Below, one piece after another: positions 58,884-64,000 of a stretch of DNA of 64,000 nt (positions within the stretch are counted from its first letter, which is position 1; every line of letters starts with the position of its first letter). This DNA is from Candidatus Aenigmatarchaeota archaeon (GTDB lineage Archaea > Aenigmatarchaeota > Aenigmatarchaeia > QMZP01). The notes beneath the pieces are model-generated. The model did not search any database. It was given only the letters and a program-made list of their open reading frames with translations, and was not told the origin of the DNA. The position numbers were made by a program, and so were the translations under genes. The stretch is taken from positions 1-64,000 of the forward strand of contig JBDRSV010000010.1 in the NCBI GenBank assembly GCA_043824495.1, read 5' to 3'.

Positions 58884-59720
58884 ATGAAAGAACTCTTAAT
58901 ACGCTTGGAAAATGAACTAAAATCTCGCGGCTTCAGCAGAAAGACCGTAAAATCCTATTTATTTCACGTTTCAACTTTCTTGCGTCACATATCAACAGAT
59001 TCCACACAAGAAGAGATACAAAGATATTTCATACAATTAGCAGAAAACGCAGATCCCAGAACAGTTAATCTGCGCATAAGCGCAGTTAAATTCTTTTACA
59101 AGAACATCCTACACAGAAACCTCTACATAAACTACATGAAGAGACCCAGAAAAATACCTGAAGTTTTAACTGTACAAGAAGTCATGTATATGATATCGTC
59201 CACGACTAACCCAAAACACAGAACTATAATTGAAATGTTATACGGCTGTGGACTCCGGGTATCAGAAATAACTAAAATAAAAAAATCTGACATAAACATT
59301 CCAGAAAGAATAATATTCATAAGACAAGGAAAGGGAATGAAAGACAGAATTGTTCCTCTTCCTCTTACACTAAAAGAGATTGTATATAATTTCAGTGTAG
59401 ACGACTGTCCATATGTTTTCCAATCAGAAAGAGGAGGAAAGCTAACGGAAAAAACAATACAGGTGATAGTGAAAAATGCAGCCAAGAAAGCCGAAATAAA
59501 AAAGCGCGTATCTCCACATACTCTCCGTCACAGCTATGCAACCCATCTCCTCGAATCAGGAACAGATATTCGTATAATTCAACGTCTTCTAGGTCATTCC
59601 TCGGTCAAAACCACAGAACTCTATACTCATGTTTCAAGAGCTCTTCTGAAAAACATAAAAAGTCCTCTAGACTTCGTAAAAACATTCAATATAGAACATT
59701 CTAATCCAAACAATGCGTAG
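58884..59720 (+). CDS. Xer/IntI-like tyrosine recombinase (intact) without the IntI-specific insertion
   Basis: N-terminal SAM-like ELKSRGFSRKTVKSY. GLRVSE, GKGMKD, HTLRH and LLGH...TTELY all present. Short YVFQSERGGKL segment where IntI carries its extra domain. Confidence 0.93.
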   Translation: MKELLIRLENELKSRGFSRKTVKSYLFHVSTFLRHISTDSTQEEIQRYFIQLAENADPRTVNLRISAVKFFYKNILHRNLYINYMKRPRKIPEVLTVQEVMYMISSTTNPKHRTIIEMLYGCGLRVSEITKIKKSDINIPERIIFIRQGKGMKDRIVPLPLTLKEIVYNFSVDDCPYVFQSERGGKLTEKTIQVIVKNAAKKAEIKKRVSPHTLRHSYATHLLESGTDIRIIQRLLGHSSVKTTELYTHVSRALLKNIKSPLDFVKTFNIEHSNPNNA

Positions 59721-59737
59721 AAACACTAGTTATAAGA
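59716..59737 (+). other. attI-like site (core GTTATAA at 59729-59735)
   Basis: GTTATAAGA pairs perfectly with TCTTATAAC at 61685-61693. No upstream R''/L'' arm found. Confidence 0.7.
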
Positions 59738-59791
59738 AATCGTTGGTCTTGATTGGTTAAAGGAGATCGCCGCCATTTGGCTTCGCCAAAG
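59729..59791 (+). repeat. Cassette leader repeat, copy 1
   Basis: Identical to 63578-63630 apart from a 10-nt insertion. Contains TAAAGGAGATCGCCGCC and the hairpin TTTGGC-TTC-GCCAAA. Confidence 0.9.
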
Positions 59792-59923
59792 ATAGCCTGC
59801 CTTCGGCAGTATATAGAAAGGGTATTCTTTGTTTTCGAGGACATAGGGAAGTAGTACTCATAAATGGGCATAATAAAGATTAAAAATAACACAACACCTA
59901 TATACTACTAAGGGATTGATAAT

Positions 59924-60845
59924 ATGAATCAAATAGAAATTAATAGAGAAAATCTTGAAAAGAGACTTAAGCAAGTAGGGCTTAGTTCAGATATATACAG
60001 CGTCAAACCAAAAAAATTTATTAGAATTAATACGAGACATCCAGTGAAAATAAGAGAATTACAGGAAAGACTTAATAGAAATTATGGAATCGAAGTAGAA
60101 TTTATAGAAACATGTATTGAGGAAATTTATGAATCAACAAACTCGGATATTGGAGGGTGGATTAGTGGTAAAAAGAACGAATTCTTTAATAAAAATTATT
60201 TTATTCAAGATTTAGCAAGCGTTATTTGTGTTAAAGAACTTGATTTAAAAGAGGGTCAATCTCTTCTTGAAACATGTGCAGCGAGAGGTTTCAAGTCTAT
60301 TCTGGCTCATGATTTAACACATGGAAAATTAAGAATAACAGCATTAGATATAGATCCTAAAAAAATATCAAATAATGATGGGATTCTTTAAAAAATTTGG
60401 AATAAATGCAGAAACCCGATTAATGGATTCCACAAAATTTCAAGGTCAAAAATACGATAGAGTACTGGTTGATGCTCCTTGTTCTGGTGAAGGTGTGACT
60501 GTGGTGTATGATGAGAAATTGAGAAGAGATGTTAGTGGATTTGATAATGTTGTGCAATATTCACAAGAAGATGTTGAAAGATTTTCAGAATTACAAGGAA
60601 AACTTTTACAAAGCGGTTTTGACCACTTAAAGAAGAGTGGAATCCTAAATTACGCCACCTGTACCTTGAATAAGATTGAAAATGAAAGCGTAATCCACGA
60701 ATTTCTTCAAAGAAACGGCGATGCTTCAGTTGTTAACTCTAATATTGATAAATATGGTATCAAGCACAAGGTTTCTAATCTAGGGGTAAGAATCTTGCCT
60801 GGAAAAACTAAGGGCTTTTACTTTACAAAAATTATAAGGAGATAA
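59924..60845 (+). pseudogene. RsmB/NOP2 RNA m5C methyltransferase split by a +1 frameshift in an A7 run (60359-60365)
   Basis: ORF1 has motif I-like ETCAARGFKS. ORF2 has VDAPCSG and YATCT. Removing one A gives ...DPKKYQIMMGFF... Confidence 0.85.
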
Positions 60846-60877
60846 TCTTCAAAAGAAGACAAAGAATCTATCACCGA

Positions 60878-61210
60878 TTACCTTGTCCTAAAACCAAACC
60901 TTTTTTCATAATTCTTGTGGTCTAGCCATTCTAGAATAATTGCGATGACTTCAATCTTGTCCCTTCCAAGAGAGTATAATAATCTCCACCCATTTGGTAA
61001 ATCATACTTCCAGAGATTGTCTATTCCATATTTCTTGATATATTCCTTTGGAATCAGTTTTTGTTTTATATGAATGAAAGCATTCGGATTCTTCTCAATT
61101 TCCTTAAAGGCGTTGCTTATACTATCATATAACCATTTCTCTCCAGGAGAATCCTTAAGATTGTCATACGCCTTCTTCACATTTTCGTCTGCGAAAACTA
61201 ATCGTGTCAT
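60878..61210 (-). CDS. RelE-like putative toxin
   Basis: NLWKYDLPNGWRLLY motif, translationally coupled to the upstream gene. Confidence 0.75.
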   Translation of the reverse strand: MTRLVFADENVKKAYDNLKDSPGEKWLYDSISNAFKEIEKNPNAFIHIKQKLIPKEYIKKYGIDNLWKYDLPNGWRLLYSLGRDKIEVIAIILEWLDHKNYEKRFGFRTR

Positions 61211-61485
61211 TTAATCAACAGATGTGGTTTACTCATGTACTTCTTTACAAGTTCTGGATTCCAAATCCAAACTACATGTCCTTCTTTGTCTGTGACAATC
61301 TTACCTGAATCCATAAGGTAATCGAAAACTACACAGAATGTTTGGTACATCATTTTCTTTGGGAGATGTTCCCAAAGCTGCCTTTTCTTGTACTCTCCAC
61401 TGTTATTTTTGATAAACTTCTCTACCATAAGTACAGTATCCAACTGTGGATAATGCAAAATTCCTTTCTCCATTAATTGTGGCAT
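61207..61485 (-). CDS. Putative antitoxin (winged-helix-like)
   Basis: Small gene upstream of the RelE-like gene, with a palindrome over its promoter. Confidence 0.65.
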   Translation of the reverse strand: MPQLMEKGILHYPQLDTVLMVEKFIKNNSGEYKKRQLWEHLPKKMMYQTFCVVFDYLMDSGKIVTDKEGHVVWIWNPELVKKYMSKPHLLIK

Positions 61486-61493
61486 AAAATCAC

Positions 61494-61519
61494 CTTGTTA
61501 TATATATTTATATAACAAG
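61494..61519. promoter_or_regulatory. Perfect 11-bp palindrome over the TA promoter
   Basis: CTTGTTATATA-TATT-TATATAACAAG. Confidence 0.75.
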
Positions 61520-61578
61520 TATTTATAAAGGTTTCGGTTGAGCCTAAAACATATCATAAGACAAAGAATCTCGTCCGC

Positions 61579-61595
61579 GGCGGCGATCTCCTTTA
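61579..61595 (-). repeat. Inverted copy of the 17-bp leader motif
   Basis: GGCGGCGATCTCCTTTA is the reverse complement of 59758-59774 and 63597-63613. Confidence 0.9.
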
Positions 61596-61795
61596 TTAGT
61601 TATGTGCACAACGACTCTGCGGCTGCTTCGCAGCCTTGCCTCGCATGGCGAAACCATTTCAGAATAGGAGAAATCCATGCTCGGTCTTATAACAAGCAGC
61701 TTGGCGGTTCGCTGCTGCTCTCCCAAATTCGATCTTTGCTATGAAGGCGGTCTCTTAAAACTAAAACATTTATAAACTGGATACAAATTATTGTT

Positions 61796-61993
61796 ATGAG
61801 CGAATTGAAGATGCATGGAAAACACCAAACTCAATGGGTTACTATATCCCTTGATGAATATGAGAGCATGAAGGCTACTCTCGAGATTTTATCTAGCCCT
61901 AAGGCGATGGAGAAAATTAGACGCGGTGAACAGGAAAGACTAGCTGGAAAGGGGCAGAAACTAGAAGATGTGAAGAAAGAACTTGGAATTTAG
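61796..61993 (+). CDS. Phd/YefM-RelB-like antitoxin
   Basis: ISLDEYESMKATLEILSSP..M..I motif. Confidence 0.8.
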   Translation: MSELKMHGKHQTQWVTISLDEYESMKATLEILSSPKAMEKIRRGEQERLAGKGQKLEDVKKELGI

Positions 61994-62244
61994 AAATCAT
62001 CTTTATGTAATATAGTATCTATTTGAACTAATTTCTCTTTTTCAATGATTACGTAGATGATTCTCCATCGCTTTTCAAATCTTAATTCCCACTTTCCCAC
62101 CAGAGGCCATCTTAGTGGCTTACCATAAATATCTGGATATTCCTTTAACTTTTCAATTTTCTTGAAAAATCGTCTTTGCATTTCTGCATCAAATTTCTTC
62201 AGATCCTTCTTGGCCTCTGGCATTATCTCGATATCATAACTCAT
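61990..62244 (-). CDS. RelE/ParE-family toxin
   Basis: GKPLR..L.G.WELRF...WRIIY motif. Confidence 0.9.
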   Translation of the reverse strand: MSYDIEIMPEAKKDLKKFDAEMQRRFFKKIEKLKEYPDIYGKPLRWPLVGKWELRFEKRWRIIYVIIEKEKLVQIDTILHKDDF

Positions 62245-62328
62245 GAAATATAATTAAATTCTATACTAATAAATCGGCCGCCCTTTAAAAGACCGGACTT
62301 TGCCAACCTGCTGATGTTAAATAACATA

Positions 62329-62883
62329 TTACTCGGCAGACCGCATTTTGAATTCAGAATCTAAAATACTCATTATCAAATCATTGTAAAACTTCCCATC
62401 TATATAGGCGTTGTCTCTGAGAATCCCATCCACCTTGAAGCCGCATTTTTTATAAGCGGCAATTGCTCTTTTATTGAAATCTAAGACAACTAAGCTGATT
62501 TTATGGAGTTTTAATTGTATAAATCCGAATTTTAGAATGCAATTAATTGCATCGGTTCCATATCCCTTTCCGAAATAGTCTTGAAGAATTCCTATTGCTA
62601 ATCTGACATTTTTATCTTGTTTATTGATTTGATGGAGACGACAACTTCCAATATATTTGTTATCTGATTTTTTGATGATAGCAAATGACAATTCCGATTT
62701 CTGAGCAATTGCCTCTTTGAATCTTTCTTTTACTTTATTTAGTGGGGTAGGTTTCCATTTCTTTGAGCCTCCACACATTATAGTGAATTCTTTGCTTTCT
62801 CTTGTCTTTGCAAAATCTTTGAAATCGGATTCATGTAACTGTCTGATATAAACATTATCCCCATTAATTTTTGGAAGTTTCAT
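62329..62883 (-). CDS. RimJ/RimL-type GNAT acetyltransferase (cassette 62317-62988)
   Basis: YFGKGYGT..I, N.RAIAAYKKCGF..DG motifs. Confidence 0.92.
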   Translation of the reverse strand: MKLPKINGDNVYIRQLHESDFKDFAKTRESKEFTIMCGGSKKWKPTPLNKVKERFKEAIAQKSELSFAIIKKSDNKYIGSCRLHQINKQDKNVRLAIGILQDYFGKGYGTDAINCILKFGFIQLKLHKISLVVLDFNKRAIAAYKKCGFKVDGILRDNAYIDGKFYNDLIMSILDSEFKMRSAE

Positions 62884-62981
62884 GTATTTTAGTGGATTTT
62901 AGAGGTTATATGATTAACGGTCTGCCTCCGTCATACGCTTCGTCGCTTCGCTCCTCGGTCTCAAACCAAGGTTTTCGACTT

Positions 62982-63064
62982 ATTTAACAGAAGTTTAAAG
63001 GTTCCGCTACGCTGCACCCACATTTTTTCTAAAAGAAAAACGTCTTATAACCCTAACGTTAAGT
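62982..63064 (+). other. attC-like site 2 (83 nt)
   Basis: ATTTAAC-AGAAG-TTTAAA-GG ... TTTTTCT/AGAAAAA hairpin ... TC-TTATAA-CCCTAAC-GTTAAGT. Confidence 0.8.
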
Positions 63065-63111
63065 GAAATTGCTACGAGCAAATTTAAATGTCTATTCTCT
63101 TTACATTAATT

Positions 63112-63522
63112 ATGGTTGATTTTATCAGAAAGAAATCCGAAAAGCCCACATTTTCACAGAAAGGGCTTGATGGATATCAATTTCTTTTAGAAAACAAGAA
63201 TGTAGAAGTATATTTCGTGGACGTGAAAATGGGGCATGATAATTACATTATTAGTAAAAAAATTACTCACATCTATTTTGTTATAGAAGGCGAAGGATTT
63301 TTCGATATAAGCGGAACTAAATTTGATGTTAAACTTGGAGATTTCATAGAAGTTCCGCCAAATAAGGAATATTGTTATTCAGGAAAAATGAAATTGTTAC
63401 TTATCATGAACCCGCCGTGGTTTGAAGGAAACGAAGAGATTACTAAGAAAAATCTTCTGTTGAATAGTTTGCCCTCCGCAACTCTCCCTTCGGTCGTCAC
63501 GGATCACTTAACAAAAGATTAA
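63112..63522 (+). CDS. Cupin-domain protein (cassette 63059-63512)
   Basis: H.YFVIEGEG.F.I.G...GDFIEVPPN cupin motifs. Reads into the att site; stop lies in the L'' arm. Confidence 0.85.
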   Translation: MVDFIRKKSEKPTFSQKGLDGYQFLLENKNVEVYFVDVKMGHDNYIISKKITHIYFVIEGEGFFDISGTKFDVKLGDFIEVPPNKEYCYSGKMKLLLIMNPPWFEGNEEITKKNLLLNSLPSATLPSVVTDHLTKD

Positions 63523-63584
63523 GACACTCACTACGTTCGTCCTAATTTCCTAAAGGAAACTAGTCTTAACCTCGAATGTTATAA
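63506..63584 (+). other. attC-like site 3 (79 nt)
   Basis: ACTTAAC-AAAAG-ATTAAG-AC ... TTTCC/GGAAA hairpin ... GT-CTTAAC-CTCGAAT-GTTATAA. Confidence 0.85.
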
Positions 63585-63630
63585 GAAATCGTTGGTTAAA
63601 GGAGATCGCCGCCATTTGGCTTCGCCAAAG
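63578..63630 (+). repeat. Cassette leader repeat, copy 2
   Basis: GTTATAAGAAATCGTTGGTTAAAGGAGATCGCCGCCATTTGGCTTCGCCAAAG. Confidence 0.9.
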
Positions 63631-63669
63631 AGGTTTAATATAAATATGAATTAAAACAAAGTTTAATTT

Positions 63670-64000
63670 ATGAGTTGGAAATACAAAGTGCTTCAGCATA
63701 AGAATTTACTCTCCGTTCTTATGATAGTAGCGGTTGTTGTGATCAGTGGATGTACAACTCAACTCGAACCTACACCAACACCAGAACCAATTCCTACTCC
63801 AGAACCGGCACCTGAACCAGAAATTATAAATCAAAAACAAGTTACTTTAGCAAATGGAGTTATTGAAGCAAATAGCCTATTTGCATCAGATATTTATGAT
63901 AAATACAAATCAGAAGATGGAAATCTATTTTTCTCACCTTATAGTATTTCATCTGCACTGTCAATGACTTATGAGGGAGCAAAAGGACAAACAGCAGAAG
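63670..64000 (+). CDS. Serpin lipoprotein (3' truncated by window edge)
   Basis: Read manually: ISGC lipobox, PTPEP linker, NLFFSPYSISSALSMTYEGAKGQTAE serpin motif. Confidence 0.92.
   Translation, partial: MSWKYKVLQHKNLLSVLMIVAVVVISGCTTQLEPTPTPEPIPTPEPAPEPEIINQKQVTLANGVIEANSLFASDIYDKYKSEDGNLFFSPYSISSALSMTYEGAKGQTAE

Larger units (their letters stand above)
61687..62322 (+). other. attC-like site 1, arms separated by about 590 nt containing a TA module
   Basis: TTATAAC-AAGCA-GCTTGG-CGG ... TTG-CCAACC-TGCTGAT-GTTAAAT. Confidence 0.72.
58884..64000 (+). mobile_element. Integron-like platform: integrase followed by a co-oriented cassette array (continues past the window edge)
   Basis: attI-like GTTATAA 9 nt after the integrase stop. 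Three attC-like foldbacks. Each cassette bounded by its own 9-bp inverted repeat. Confidence 0.85.

Noticed and set aside
59701-59892. ORF 59701-59892 (-)
   Set aside because: It runs antisense through the leader repeat and attI-like site, with no recognisable product.
61494-61519. dif-like XerA site
   Set aside because: Spacer is 4 nt rather than about 6, arm polarity does not match dif, and it overlies the TA promoter, so an operator is more likely.
61538-61744. ORFs 61538-61744 (+) and 61544-61726 (-)
   Set aside because: They overlap GC-rich foldback/att DNA and have no protein-like features; likely by-products of stop-poor repeats.
62234-62322. Compact att site using TCATAAC (62234) as R''
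   Set aside because: No L''/L' pairing in any register, and it lies inside the RelE start. The arm at 61687 pairs much better.
57611-64000. Prophage, IS or conjugative element
   Set aside because: No structural, transposase or transfer genes, no tRNA att site and no target duplication. The cassette boundaries explain the structure better.
1-64000. Alternative genetic code or stop-codon recoding
   Set aside because: Conserved genes are full length in code 11 and end at TAA, TAG or TGA as expected.

Overview
AT-rich archaeal chromosomal window, most consistent with a DPANN lineage (inference from a fused PriS-PriL primase, fragmented r-protein operons and typical small hypotheticals). Bases 1-57.5 kb are mostly housekeeping: fen, ArsA/Get3-type ATPase, fni, rps5-rpl30-rpl15-secY-adk-DUF106, bud32, proS, valS, rnz, a pilus module, rpl18e-rpl13-rps9-rps10, srp54, aIF2-alpha, GINS, primase, leuS, hel308 and cdc6. 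This part also holds four intron-containing tRNAs (Cys, Tyr, Leu with two introns, Gly), a free-standing LAGLIDADG endonuclease, and a Cys/His-rich metal/redox cluster with its own repeated promoter/operator. The notable part is 57.6-64 kb, an integron-like platform directly after cdc6. It comprises a catalytically dead tyrosine-recombinase paralogue, a toxin-antitoxin (TA) pair, and an intact Xer-like integrase that lacks the IntI-specific insertion. Behind the integrase is a cassette array in which each cassette is bounded by its own perfect 9-bp inverted GTT...AAC ends. The cassettes are separated by attC-like foldbacks sharing a non-canonical 5/7-nt spacer register with no L-box bulge. One foldback carries a whole convergent TA module in its loop. 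No CRISPR array or rRNA was seen. All family assignments are from motif recognition by eye; no searches were run.
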